Shown here piece by piece: positions 25,302 through 36,154 of a stretch of 52,559 bases of DNA. Source of the DNA: a virus. Its lineage: Duplodnaviria > Caudoviricetes. The notes under the pieces were generated by a model that was not told where the DNA came from, made no database searches, and saw only the letters and a program-made list of their open reading frames with translations. Location: positions 1 to 52,559 of IMG/VR virus record IMGVR_UViG_3300025828_000031; one strand, 5' to 3'. The position numbers and the translations under genes were made by a program. Numbering within the stretch: the stretch's first letter is position 1; each line of letters opens with the position of its first letter.

Positions 25302-28274
25302 TTAAGGCAACGGATTCAATAATGTTCCATTATTGTCATATATATTTGGTATTCTACTATTAATATCCGCTAATGCTCCATGTACTGTTTTTGCTGTGGT
25401 GATTGGCGAACTACCGCCACTTGAAGGCATCGTAATACTACCTGCAACCGTAACATTCGCGCCAGAAAATGTCATCGCGGTAGTGGTGCCTGATTTGATA
25501 ATCAGATTACCTGCTGTATTTGTTAGTGCACCGTATTGTACAGCATTGTCCTTTAATAAAACATCAGCGCCATTGGCGTCAAGAGTAATATCGCCTTCAA
25601 CGTCAAGGACTAAACCAGTTACAACATCTATTTCTGGAGTGCCGTTCAAGTTAAAGGTAAACTTGGTTACTCCGTTGTCCTTGAAGAAAATATCTGCGCC
25701 ATTGGCATCAAGAGTAATATCACCTTCTGCATCTATGTTCGTAACGCCACCTGAAGCGATAGTTGTAGCACCGCCCGAAGTGTAAGTTGCCGTTGTGCCT
25801 GCGGTAACTGCTACAGAATTAGTTGTGTTAATTGTTCTAGAAGAAGCAGAATCAGTATGTCCGCTAGAAACATTAACAGTTCTAGATCCTGTTATCGTAT
25901 TAGTGTAATTACCAGAAGTTTGAGTTAATCCACCAGTAATGTCTAAAGTATTAGTGGCGCCCAATCCATAGGCGAAACGAGTTGTACCAGCATCTTTGAA
26001 GTCAATGTCACCACCATCAGCATCTAATGCAATATCACCAGAAACATCTAAGGTGTAGTTTCCTGTAACCGCAACGGTATTAGTTGCGCCCATGGTATGT
26101 TGAATACGAGTAGTGCCAGCGTCCTTGAAGAAGATATCTGCATCATCAGCATCTAGCGTAATATCACCAGGAATATCAAACGTCAAACTACCAGCACTTT
26201 GCGTATGTGTTACATTACTAGGATATGTTACTGAGTAATCAGCATTGTCTGCAAGAGTGTGCGTTACTTGATCAGCACCTGCGCCATTTTTGAATACGAT
26301 GTCGTTTCCGTCCGCATCCAGTGTAATATCACCAGATATGTCAAATATAAGATTACCTGAACGTGATATCGTACCATTTGTAGCAAATTGATAGTTTGTG
26401 GTTCCACCGTCTTTCAGGTATACATCACCACCATCCGCATCAAGTGTAATATCGCCAGCAGCATCTATGGTATAATCAGAAGGTGCGTCGATTTCATATG
26501 TTCCGTCATCATTAAGATTGTGAGTTACTTCATCCCCACCCGCACCGTTCTTAAATCTGATTTGATTACCGTCTGCGTCAAGAGTAATATCACCAGTAGC
26601 ATCGATCAAAACGTCAGCAGTTGAAGTTAAATCTAAACCGCCAGTAACAGCAACCGTATTAGTAGCAGCAGGATCTAAACTGAAACCTATGGCAGTTGTT
26701 CCTGCGTCCTTTAAATCTAATGATCCAGTGTTGGTGTCTAGTACGATATCACCAGATCCATCTAGGGTGTAGTTCCCTGTAACTGTGACTGTGTTTGTTG
26801 CACCCAGCGCGTAGGCAATACGATCAACACCACCGTCTTTGAATGTAATGTTTGCGTCATCAGCGTCAAGTACGATGTCTCCTGACGCATCAATTGTATA
26901 ATTGCCAGTTACAGTAGCAGTATTAGTGGCACCCAATGTATAAACAATACGATTAGTGCCTGCAACTCTATATGAGATATTAGTTCCGGCAGCATCTAAG
27001 ACAATATCATCTGCTACATCAATTGTAAGCGATCCTGTTGGAACGTCAATTTCTTGATCTGCTCCCATAATAAACGTGAAGCGATCTGCCCCACCGTCTT
27101 TCATGTATATTGTCGCGTCATCGGCATCGAGGATAATATCGCCGCCAATATCTAAAGTGTAGTTTCCTGTACCACTTTGCGTAATGGTGTACGCACCAGC
27201 ATCAGTCAGGGTGTGAGTAACAGTATCACCGCCAGCACCATTATTAAAGATAATATCATTACCGTCTGCTGATAAAGTAATATCTCCTGTGACGTCAAGT
27301 ATGGCATCGCCAGTATGAGTAATGGTGTCTGTATTAAAAGTCCAAGTAGATGCGCCATTGTTTGTATTAAGTACAAACGAAGTGAATGCATTAACTGTGA
27401 AAGCACCTGCTGTGTTCGTTAAACTAGCAGAAGAACCAGTTAAAGTAATATTAGGAGCAGCGTCGCAATTAAATCTAAACCTTTCTGTGGTGCCGTCTTT
27501 AAAGATTACATCATCATCACCAGCGTCTAAGGTAATATCTCCGGAAACGTCTAACGTGTAATCTCCATTGACAGTCACTACGTTACTTGCACCAAGGTCG
27601 TGTTTAACTCTTGATACACCCGCAACCTGCATATCTACAGTTGTACCAGCAGCATCAAGTATGATATCATCAGCGACGTCGAACAGTAAGTTTCCTACAG
27701 GAACGTCTATTTCTAAGGTAGACGCTCCCATTATAAGTTCCATATGGGTGACGCTATCATCGTCGAAACAAACGCTAGAACCGCCAGCATCAATCACAAT
27801 ATTATTCACTGCGTCAAGGATGATATTCTGTCCTGACTTTATATCAATCCTTTGTCCACCATTTTGATTTGTGCTGATCAATAATCGGTTTTGTGTTTCG
27901 GTTGAGTCTCCAGTAGGATATAAGATCTCACCAGCAGAAGCATCGAAAACTCGCTCAATCTCATTGATCGCGCCAGTTACAGTCTTATATGCAGTATTTC
28001 TATCTGCTGCGAAACTACCGCCATTGCCCCCGTGCAGGTCGCTATCTAGTTCGTTGAGAGCATCCACCAATGTATTGGCGGTAAAGTCTTCAAGACCTTT
28101 TAATTTGGTGAGTCTGAATCCATTTGTTTCTGGACCAATGGCAGAATCCAGATACTTCATATCCGAGTCAACAATGTTACCAAAATGATTAAGATCTTGG
28201 ATCAGTTGCTGGAAAGTATCTGTCGATTGAAACAGAGGATGATCGCTGTCGTGAAATCTTGGAGGGTTGCTCAT
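25302..28274 (-). CDS. 990-aa long tail-fibre-like protein
   Basis: About 20 repeats of ~38 aa (GDITLDADG.DI.FKDGGT); T.KT..GAINE-type trimer segments near both ends. Confidence 0.75.
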   Translation of the reverse strand: MSNPPRFHDSDHPLFQSTDTFQQLIQDLNHFGNIVDSDMKYLDSAIGPETNGFRLTKLKGLEDFTANTLVDALNELDSDLHGGNGGSFAADRNTAYKTVTGAINEIERVFDASAGEILYPTGDSTETQNRLLISTNQNGGQRIDIKSGQNIILDAVNNIVIDAGGSSVCFDDDSVTHMELIMGASTLEIDVPVGNLLFDVADDIILDAAGTTVDMQVAGVSRVKHDLGASNVVTVNGDYTLDVSGDITLDAGDDDVIFKDGTTERFRFNCDAAPNITLTGSSASLTNTAGAFTVNAFTSFVLNTNNGASTWTFNTDTITHTGDAILDVTGDITLSADGNDIIFNNGAGGDTVTHTLTDAGAYTITQSGTGNYTLDIGGDIILDADDATIYMKDGGADRFTFIMGADQEIDVPTGSLTIDVADDIVLDAAGTNISYRVAGTNRIVYTLGATNTATVTGNYTIDASGDIVLDADDANITFKDGGVDRIAYALGATNTVTVTGNYTLDGSGDIVLDTNTGSLDLKDAGTTAIGFSLDPAATNTVAVTGGLDLTSTADVLIDATGDITLDADGNQIRFKNGAGGDEVTHNLNDDGTYEIDAPSDYTIDAAGDITLDADGGDVYLKDGGTTNYQFATNGTISRSGNLIFDISGDITLDADGNDIVFKNGAGADQVTHTLADNADYSVTYPSNVTHTQSAGSLTFDIPGDITLDADDADIFFKDAGTTRIQHTMGATNTVAVTGNYTLDVSGDIALDADGGDIDFKDAGTTRFAYGLGATNTLDITGGLTQTSGNYTNTITGSRTVNVSSGHTDSASSRTINTTNSVAVTAGTTATYTSGGATTIASGGVTNIDAEGDITLDANGADIFFKDNGVTKFTFNLNGTPEIDVVTGLVLDVEGDITLDANGADVLLKDNAVQYGALTNTAGNLIIKSGTTTAMTFSGANVTVAGSITMPSSGGSSPITTAKTVHGALADINSRIPNIYDNNGTLLNPLP

Positions 28275-28275
28275 T

Positions 28276-28509
28276 TTAGTATTTCTCTACCATTGATTTT
28301 ATTAGTTCTTTGAGTTCTGAGAATTCTTTTTTTAGTTCGGCAATGTCGTTTTCCATTGCATCTTTCTTAAGACGCTCCTCTTTCCTCAACCGTTTGCTTT
28401 CCCTTGCTAAACGTATTTCTTCTTCGTTGGTATTTATAACAGTCCCATTATGTACATCCTTGTACATATATGCGGAACCTGCTACTTTCAATAAAACTCT
28501 CTCATCCAT
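28276..28509 (-). CDS. Small protein with C-terminal coiled coil
   Basis: 77 aa; coupled to the 2009-aa gene; ENDIAELKKEFSELKELIK. Confidence 0.7.
   Translation of the reverse strand: MDERVLLKVAGSAYMYKDVHNGTVINTNEEEIRLARESKRLRKEERLKKDAMENDIAELKKEFSELKELIKSMVEKY
28431..28438 (-). promoter_or_regulatory. Possible internal late promoter TATAAATA for the 990-aa fibre
   Basis: Exact motif inside the 77-aa ORF, about 155 nt upstream of the fibre gene. Confidence 0.45.
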
Positions 28510-31500
28510 TATATCAACGCAATTGCTTTTATGTCTCTAATGATTGGAACCTGACAAGTATTCGTTGATCTCATGACAACCTTCATCTGGAATTGTCTGA
28601 AGTCAGGCAGGTCTCCGTCTATACCGCCAGCGAGATACTTGTACTCTCTAAACTCAGGTTCAACCTCACCGTCCGCAATATACAAAGCATCTGGTGGATT
28701 GTTTTGAGGCGGCAAATATATCCAACTACTGTTGTAGATATCTTCGTCATCACCTGTCGTAGTTCTGTAATAAACGTCAATGCTTGCTGCTACTGGTTTA
28801 TGCGCCTTGACGATAATACGCAAACCGTTTGCTGCTTGAGAAAGAGTAGCAGGTTTGGTAATATGCTTAGAAGGCGAAGTACCCAAAGTAGGATCAAGTT
28901 CTGACACATATCCTGATGGCGCATTAGCATTTTGTACGATAGGATATCCTCTAAAATCAATTGAGTCCTGATTATTGTCAGAGTCAATTGGTTGATTGTC
29001 AATAATGTGATTAGTGAGTTCAACACCAATTTGTTGAATATCAATCATTGGAGATAAGTCAGAAACATACCCACTAGATTTTGCTGCCAGTGCCAAGTCT
29101 CCACCAAAGTTTGAAGATTGTGTGGTTTCAAGCGCAGCATTAACAATAATAGAAGGCACTCCACTCATTTCAACGACTTGTTGATCCGAGTTAGCAAGGT
29201 ATTTCGGACCATTCATATAGATTGGCACGCTTGGACTAAACGGCAACATACCGTTAGCATCAGTTCCTGGTGTTACATTAGTGTCAATCGCAAAACGAGG
29301 ATCGCGAGTTGCTAAGAACCTTGCATCCGCGTGAGAGTATCCACTAGTGAAAGAGGAAGAGTAGTCAATCTTTGTACCATTAAAGTTTAGATCAAGAATA
29401 TCAAACACTGCTCTATCAATATTAAATGCAGTTTCCGAAGTCGCACTATCTGCACCAAACGATCCAGCACTATCGAATGCAAGGGTAGGGTCATATGTCG
29501 GATTAGGCGATCCTGAGACAACGGAGTCGGTATTATACAACTTGACATAATATCCTTGTACGTTAGCAGAATCTACATAGTTGCCGACGTTCATTATTTC
29601 TGCGCCAGTAACACCTCTGTATTCAGTAGTAGGATCCAATCCTTCGATGCGTGGTCTGTCTCCATCACCAAGACCATGAGCAGGGTGATATACGAAGAAC
29701 CGACTTAATGAAGTAGAATCAGTAGCGGAGGAGTAGATATGATCCGATGGATACAGTGGGTTCACACAAGTAGAGTCAATTGAGAAACTCGTGTTGTAGT
29801 TATGCGCTGCTCTTACAGCAGGTTGACTATAGAAGTTCGCATTTCCTGACCCCTTAAACTTAGCAGTGTAGATACGATACGCCAAGTCTTGGTTTTGCTT
29901 TGGTGTCCAAGTTGAACCGTTTTGCGAAAGGAATAACGATCCCGTTGCTGGTTGCTTACTCACTCTCTTATCAGTTCTACCAAGGATAAGATCGTAGGTC
30001 GTTGCGATATATGCTTCATAATCATCACATTCAGCAAGAAGCACTATTGCGTATTCCTCACCAGCAGCAATATAGATTGGTTCAGGGAACTCAAACGTAA
30101 CAGGTTTAGAAAGAACTTCAGTGAGGTTCTCTTTGTCCGTAATACTGTCTACAACTGCGCGACACTCCGCAGCAGTTTTATAAACTCTATGTTGTTCGCT
30201 GATGGCATCACGCAACGGGGTGCCGTCTCGAGTGCCACGAATCTGTAACTGTAGTGGAATTTGAGGAGCAATTGAAGGTGGTGCTGATCTTAGGAATACG
30301 TCAACCTTCGTTATAAACACGCCTTCTACACTGGACTGTCCACTCACCATAAAGGTTTGTGCTAATGGGTCATATCGCTCCCATGTCGTACCAATAACAG
30401 TTTCGTCAACAACCTGAGTTGTGGTTCTTTGAGTACGATCAATATAATCCTCAGATACAATCACTCGAGTCGTGATAATATCTTTCCTGCGTACAATATT
30501 TCTACCAGTAGCAACATAAACTGTTTTCGCCATTGATAACGCATTATCATTGTTGTTTTCAGAAATGTCTAAAAGTTTTACTGGTTTGGCGCCGCATCTA
30601 AACTTCCAACCTGCATAGTCAAAGCAGCGAGGACTATCCGCGCCATGTCTCTTTATACCTTCCTTGACTTTTTGGATCCAAGTTGAAAGTTCTTTTGCAT
30701 GCGGGAATATTCCGGATTTAGGAACAGGAACTCTAGCATTGTTTGGAATAAACATATCAAAGTAAAGTCTGCCCTGATCATCTGAAATCAACACGTTTTC
30801 GTTAGATGCACCAGTCGCATTAGGATGCCTTTGATACCTTCTCTGTGAAGGTGGGTACTGCTTCCTGTGCGCCTTCTGATTAACAAGTGCAGTATAGTTT
30901 GCTTGAGTGCTGAGATCAAGCACCCATTGGTCCATACGAACATTATCAAAGTACAACCAGAAACGAGTATTAGGTCGCAAACCTTCTGCTTTCGCAAGGA
31001 CACGTCTTTGACGAATAAACGGTACAGTGTTTACTGCTACGACTCTGTCGCGCTGCATGGTACGATAAGAATCGCTGACCACACGTGTTTTCACGCGTTC
31101 CCTAGTGGTCACAGTAGTTTGAACAGTTTGTCTTACTAACTCTCTTTCGCGTTCTCTACGACGCCATCTTCCAGCTATTGTTGTTCTCCTAGTGGCACCA
31201 GTAAGTCTGCCTCGTGCCATTCTAGTGTAAGTGGTAGTAGCAGTTGTAGTTTTAGGTACATAATTTGAAAGATCGTTAATCTTAACATGTATAGTACCGC
31301 CAGAAACATGTCGATCTGGTAAACGAGTTTGATCTACCCAAAAATCACCAGTTGGATTAAGTCTGAGATATCCTTCACCTTGGAACACGTTGAATGGGTT
31401 TACATTGTAGTAACCACGTTCTTCATAATCGTATGGTGTTCTCCAAGAAATCATTTCTTGAGTTAGGGTTGGATCTAAAACTGTTGTATACTTCAACATC

Positions 31501-34500
31501 AACATATCGCCGCGTTGAACCACACTAGAGTCTCCTGGAGTTGCCATAGCAGTAGGAGAGTTGGTCGCTACAGTTCTGCTGTATGCTGAATTAAAACTTG
31601 TTATTACAGTATCGTCAGAATCGTATAAGAAGTCATTGTATCTCTTATCTATTTTTGGATATATTAAAGATTCATCGACATCTAGTGCTTGGGTGATCCA
31701 GTTAGGATCGTCAAGATAATTTGGTCCAGTAGTAGATGCAGTAAGTGCGAGACCCTTAGTGAAGTCATCTACAAAGAAACCAGTCTTAGATCGAAGCGAT
31801 CCATCAGCACCCAACTCTACAAGATTCTGTGCTTCATTCTCAATAAAGGAAAGCGAAACTGTTTCTTCTAGATTAGAAACTCTGTCACGCAAATCGTCGA
31901 TATCTGACATCGTATAACGAGGATAACGATTAGCATTGATCATAACATCGCCAATGTCTTTAGTGTTACCGCCCAACAAAACACTAAACAGAGGCATCTG
32001 ATTTTCTTTCTGACTAGGGAAGGTTGGTTGTAATCCCTCTATGCCGCTGTTTACATAAATGATAGGTTTAAATGTATCCTTCGTATACGCAAGCGTAATT
32101 TGATCAATACGCTGGTTATAGTATTCAACACCATGGATTATTTCGTCACCGTCTCTAGGGTGTTCGATGTAGTTTGCAGCGCCCATATTATCTGCTGTTG
32201 GATCAAGTTTAGGACGGAAGTCGAAATAGTTGTGTAATGGGTACAACCTACCGTCTATCCTAGATTGGTACGTTGGGATGTCTCCGTAATCAAACCAAGT
32301 AGAATCTAGCAAGTTGTAGGAGTTTGGAGAGAAATAATCTCCAGCACCGCTCCACTCAAAATATGCGATTTTTGCTCGGATATTAGTAACGCCCGATCCG
32401 GATCCAGATGGACGTAACTCTATTGGTCCATAATAGTTGTCTCTTTGACCACCGTCAAACTCAACTTGATGAGTCAGTTCAGTACCATTAGAATCGTTTT
32501 CATATGCCTCTAGGAGTTCAACACCGTCATAAAGAGGTGCGCCACCAACTGGTGCTTCGCCTGCCCCTTTGAAAGTGACGCGGAAAACGCTTCCGGTTTT
32601 TTCGAAAGTGAACCAATCTTCTCGATACGTTTTTGTTTTCGCTGAAACCGGACTAGCAGGAGTGCCTTTCTGAACATAGTAGAAAAGAGAGTATACATCT
32701 CCGAGGTTGCCACCTAGAGCAAGCAGGTCTTGAATCTTGCCAGGATTTGATACTGGGTTTATATCTGCAACAGGCACCGTAAAGGTTTTATTCTGAGTAA
32801 GATTGATTAAAGTCCACTGCCCTTCGTCAATGTAAGATTCAAAAGGATTCAAAGAAGGAATAGCGAGTTCGTCACCAGCAGTATCGGATGTAATAGCAGA
32901 TGAATGACGCAGCACAGTGTACTGAACATTACTAACCTGTTTAACTCGGAAATCTGATATCTCGTACAATGAGATGTTATCTTCTGGTGCTTCAATATAT
33001 GTGTTATTAGGGTTGTCCCCATTACGATACAATAAAATCGCGTCACTAGCATTACCGCCCTTTACAGTCATTTTCGCAGCGTCTCTAAAGTTTTGACCTG
33101 CATTCATATTAATGTCGTACAAGTGAATTCTGTAATGTACATCTGCTGCTTCAACACTATCACTGGTGTTTATTTGACCAGTGTTACGCAAAGATTTTAT
33201 TCTGGCATATCCAATTACGGCGTCACTACTGTTAAGAAGCGAATACCGTTGTTGAGTGTTTAAGTTGGGTATACCACTAGTTGTTGCCCAATTACCCAAA
33301 TAAGAAGGAGAACTATCAACTGCTCTTGTGGCGCCATCGCTCAAAGCACCAACGTAGTTCTTATATGGCGTGACAGTCTTCTTATCAGAATCAGTAGTGA
33401 CCGAAACTGGTTTCAGTACATCGAGGTTTTTCTCGAGTTGCTGTTCTAAGCGATAACCATCTAAGTATGCTATTGGGTTATTACCAAATTCGCCAACTGG
33501 CATGTGGTATCGAATCTTATTCACTACCTGATTAGAGTCCCTTTCTTGAATCTCAAGGTTGAAAGGATGGACAACAAACTTACCAGTTGTTTCTTCTTGG
33601 CGCTCTGCCAGACGCTTTTCGACTTGATTGAAACTATCCGTACCTTCTTTGATCTGTACAATTTTAGTTTCTCTAACGGTAGCGAAAGGCAAGAAGTCTA
33701 GATTATCAGCAACTGCATCTCTAGTTGCGAGTAACAATCGAATTCTAAATCTATCAGCACCAGGAGACGAAAGGTTCGGGCGAGCACCTTGGTTGTCATA
33801 CAGTGCTTCATCATCAAGCACAGTAACCACATCTTGTACTACTTCAAAACCAACGGCGGCATTAGCGACTTCGCTATAAGGCGAAATGACTATTTGTTGC
33901 GCAGGTGCGTATACAAAGAATCCTTGAGTAAAGAAGTCTGCGCCCTGCATAGTAAACATGACACCTTTGCCAGTAGGCGAAGGAACGTCCGAACGACCTT
34001 CCACAACTTGAAGGTCGTCCAATCCTGGACTTGTAAGGGTCTCGCCCAAACCAAAGGTCAATGGTGTAGTTTGAGTTTCTGTAGAGTTAGTTTTGTTCTG
34101 TCCAGCGTCGATGTATCTTCCATACAATACTGGGAAAGATCCTGTACCATCATTAGCATCAGTGACTTCTACGTGACTGACTACAAATTTTAGACCCGAC
34201 GTTCCGGTCTTAGCAGCACCCGTAAAAACTGCGCCGAGATATTGTTTTGCTTCTTGGGGCAATACAGGATTAGTAACATCCGTTGTTCTGGCAACTACAA
34301 CATAGTCGCGGATTTCAGTACCAGCACCTGAAGACTTAGGACTTACAGCAGCACCATCTAAGAAAATATTTCGGGCGAACCGAGTAATCTGCGTTTGTAG
34401 AATAGTTTGTAACTGTGTAAGTTCGCGTGCCTGCAAAGGGCGACCGCTATTGAACAGGATACGTTGATATCCGGCACTATCAAGGAAGTCGTCCTTGTAT

Positions 34501-34538
34501 ACACCTTTGAAAGTATTTTCAGTAAACTGCTGAGGCAT
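28509..34538 (-). CDS. Large baseplate-associated virion protein (DUF4815 / VrlC-like)
   Basis: YQRILFNSGRPLQARELTQLQTILQ, SSPGADR, KTGFFVDDF, YDPLAQTF and GSLFLSQNGSTWTP motifs; downstream of gp8. Confidence 0.85.
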   Translation of the reverse strand: MPQQFTENTFKGVYKDDFLDSAGYQRILFNSGRPLQARELTQLQTILQTQITRFARNIFLDGAAVSPKSSGAGTEIRDYVVVARTTDVTNPVLPQEAKQYLGAVFTGAAKTGTSGLKFVVSHVEVTDANDGTGSFPVLYGRYIDAGQNKTNSTETQTTPLTFGLGETLTSPGLDDLQVVEGRSDVPSPTGKGVMFTMQGADFFTQGFFVYAPAQQIVISPYSEVANAAVGFEVVQDVVTVLDDEALYDNQGARPNLSSPGADRFRIRLLLATRDAVADNLDFLPFATVRETKIVQIKEGTDSFNQVEKRLAERQEETTGKFVVHPFNLEIQERDSNQVVNKIRYHMPVGEFGNNPIAYLDGYRLEQQLEKNLDVLKPVSVTTDSDKKTVTPYKNYVGALSDGATRAVDSSPSYLGNWATTSGIPNLNTQQRYSLLNSSDAVIGYARIKSLRNTGQINTSDSVEAADVHYRIHLYDINMNAGQNFRDAAKMTVKGGNASDAILLYRNGDNPNNTYIEAPEDNISLYEISDFRVKQVSNVQYTVLRHSSAITSDTAGDELAIPSLNPFESYIDEGQWTLINLTQNKTFTVPVADINPVSNPGKIQDLLALGGNLGDVYSLFYYVQKGTPASPVSAKTKTYREDWFTFEKTGSVFRVTFKGAGEAPVGGAPLYDGVELLEAYENDSNGTELTHQVEFDGGQRDNYYGPIELRPSGSGSGVTNIRAKIAYFEWSGAGDYFSPNSYNLLDSTWFDYGDIPTYQSRIDGRLYPLHNYFDFRPKLDPTADNMGAANYIEHPRDGDEIIHGVEYYNQRIDQITLAYTKDTFKPIIYVNSGIEGLQPTFPSQKENQMPLFSVLLGGNTKDIGDVMINANRYPRYTMSDIDDLRDRVSNLEETVSLSFIENEAQNLVELGADGSLRSKTGFFVDDFTKGLALTASTTGPNYLDDPNWITQALDVDESLIYPKIDKRYNDFLYDSDDTVITSFNSAYSRTVATNSPTAMATPGDSSVVQRGDMLMLKYTTVLDPTLTQEMISWRTPYDYEERGYYNVNPFNVFQGEGYLRLNPTGDFWVDQTRLPDRHVSGGTIHVKINDLSNYVPKTTTATTTYTRMARGRLTGATRRTTIAGRWRRRERERELVRQTVQTTVTTRERVKTRVVSDSYRTMQRDRVVAVNTVPFIRQRRVLAKAEGLRPNTRFWLYFDNVRMDQWVLDLSTQANYTALVNQKAHRKQYPPSQRRYQRHPNATGASNENVLISDDQGRLYFDMFIPNNARVPVPKSGIFPHAKELSTWIQKVKEGIKRHGADSPRCFDYAGWKFRCGAKPVKLLDISENNNDNALSMAKTVYVATGRNIVRRKDIITTRVIVSEDYIDRTQRTTTQVVDETVIGTTWERYDPLAQTFMVSGQSSVEGVFITKVDVFLRSAPPSIAPQIPLQLQIRGTRDGTPLRDAISEQHRVYKTAAECRAVVDSITDKENLTEVLSKPVTFEFPEPIYIAAGEEYAIVLLAECDDYEAYIATTYDLILGRTDKRVSKQPATGSLFLSQNGSTWTPKQNQDLAYRIYTAKFKGSGNANFYSQPAVRAAHNYNTSFSIDSTCVNPLYPSDHIYSSATDSTSLSRFFVYHPAHGLGDGDRPRIEGLDPTTEYRGVTGAEIMNVGNYVDSANVQGYYVKLYNTDSVVSGSPNPTYDPTLAFDSAGSFGADSATSETAFNIDRAVFDILDLNFNGTKIDYSSSFTSGYSHADARFLATRDPRFAIDTNVTPGTDANGMLPFSPSVPIYMNGPKYLANSDQQVVEMSGVPSIIVNAALETTQSSNFGGDLALAAKSSGYVSDLSPMIDIQQIGVELTNHIIDNQPIDSDNNQDSIDFRGYPIVQNANAPSGYVSELDPTLGTSPSKHITKPATLSQAANGLRIIVKAHKPVAASIDVYYRTTTGDDEDIYNSSWIYLPPQNNPPDALYIADGEVEPEFREYKYLAGGIDGDLPDFRQFQMKVVMRSTNTCQVPIIRDIKAIALI

Positions 34539-34549
34539 TTTTGTTTTCC

Positions 34550-36142
34550 TTACAGGTCAATAACGATTTTGACGTCTTCAGTTTGTTCGTCGTCGCGGAC
34601 AATCGCTACTCTGTTATCTATGTAGATTACGGTTCCAGAGAATCTGTCTGCTTCTGCTGGTCTTAAGTTTGGTCCATTAGAATTAGGTACAATGTTACAG
34701 GTTCCTAAATTACCTGTCTTGTTCCTGTTCTCATAGAAAGTCAATGAGTGAGTTGCATCACTTTCAAACATTTGGAAACCAGTTTCTCTAGTTTGGTGCA
34801 CATATGCGATTTCATTAGTCGCATCAAAGTAATCTAGGATACAAGCAGGTTCTACTGGCAGTCCAGTACCACCCTGCACAATTAATTGGTCGCCAGTCAA
34901 ATCTCCGGCGAAACCAGCAGCACCAGTAACATACAATTTCTTATAGACTTGCGCTGTTACAGCAGTCGTAGCAGAATCTCTTCCGAGCGCAGGAACAAAA
35001 CTACCGAACTGCGCTGAATCTTTTTGTGGATTCTTAATAAGACCTACCTGACGGAAGTCATTACGAACATTAAAATCGTTGTTCTCAGTGCCAGTCAAAG
35101 TTGTATGGAACATAAGGGCAGATGAATTCAGGTTAATAACTGGGTTGCTGCCCATGCCAGAATCACCGCCAACGATAATTGCTCGTCCTTTTGCTCCAGT
35201 GCCGCCACCGCCATCAAAGTGAATACTAGCATTAGCATAGTTTTGACCAAAACGATAAACGTCTGAGTCACCAATATTTCTTTTCATAACTACTTGGAAC
35301 ACTGATCCGTTAGCAACACGTGCAACTGCCTCAGCAGAATCACGACTCTTAACCATTTTAGTACCAAGTTTGAAATTTGCATTAGGAAGGCGATGCGGTG
35401 TACCAATGATGCTTACGGTAGGAGGTGTTGTGTACCCAGTACCGCCAGAGTCTATTGCAATACCAACGATTTGCCCTCTTACTGCACTATCTTGTATCTG
35501 CCATTGGTTTTGGCGAGCAGTCGTTGCGTTGATATATCGAGGATCTTGCTCTGAGTCGGCGAGGAACTTTTCTACTGGCATGTAGGCAGAAGTCAAAAAC
35601 TTACGTGCTTCTGCTGCACCAATGGTGAACAGGAATTTCCAAACGTATCCATCTTCTTCGTTTGAAAACGGTAAAATTTGTCGTTTAGTTGGTTTATACA
35701 ACGAAGGTTTTTGGTTGCCTTGATCGTCATAACCTGCTGCCAAGCAAACGAAAACTGAGTTATCGTCAGTGATCACATAATACGGATATTGAATATCTCC
35801 AGTTGCGCCGATCGTAGTGTTAGAACTGTATTCGTTATCCCAAGCACTGTAAAAGTTACCGAAAGTCCAGTTGTATCTCGGTACAACGTATGAGATATCA
35901 GTAATAAGTTTTAGAGACTGAAGCGATTCTTGGTATTTGATCACTTCGTTTTCAGAAGGGTTGGGAACCGGAGGCAGTCTTTCGCTTTGACCAGCACTAA
36001 CTGAGTCCCACTCTTCTGCGCGACCAATACCCAAATAAAATCTATCAGAGTCAGTACCCTGCGTCTTACCGATATTAAGATAAGACTGATAGATATTATC
36101 CAATATTTCTCTTTTGAATTTGTCTGATACTGTAGCCGCCAT
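34550..36142 (-). CDS. gp8: Baseplate wedge subunit
   Basis: VVPRYNWT, DGYVWKFLFTI, FRQVGLIKNP and SGTVIYIDNR...DDEQTEDVKIVI motifs. Confidence 0.9.
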   Translation of the reverse strand: MAATVSDKFKREILDNIYQSYLNIGKTQGTDSDRFYLGIGRAEEWDSVSAGQSERLPPVPNPSENEVIKYQESLQSLKLITDISYVVPRYNWTFGNFYSAWDNEYSSNTTIGATGDIQYPYYVITDDNSVFVCLAAGYDDQGNQKPSLYKPTKRQILPFSNEEDGYVWKFLFTIGAAEARKFLTSAYMPVEKFLADSEQDPRYINATTARQNQWQIQDSAVRGQIVGIAIDSGGTGYTTPPTVSIIGTPHRLPNANFKLGTKMVKSRDSAEAVARVANGSVFQVVMKRNIGDSDVYRFGQNYANASIHFDGGGGTGAKGRAIIVGGDSGMGSNPVINLNSSALMFHTTLTGTENNDFNVRNDFRQVGLIKNPQKDSAQFGSFVPALGRDSATTAVTAQVYKKLYVTGAAGFAGDLTGDQLIVQGGTGLPVEPACILDYFDATNEIAYVHQTRETGFQMFESDATHSLTFYENRNKTGNLGTCNIVPNSNGPNLRPAEADRFSGTVIYIDNRVAIVRDDEQTEDVKIVIDL

Positions 36143-36154
36143 TATTTTTTACTC

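Noticed and set aside
13764-28274. CRISPR-like arrays
   Set aside because: All repeats are degenerate, codon-phased and inside ORFs; there is no constant repeat with unique spacers.
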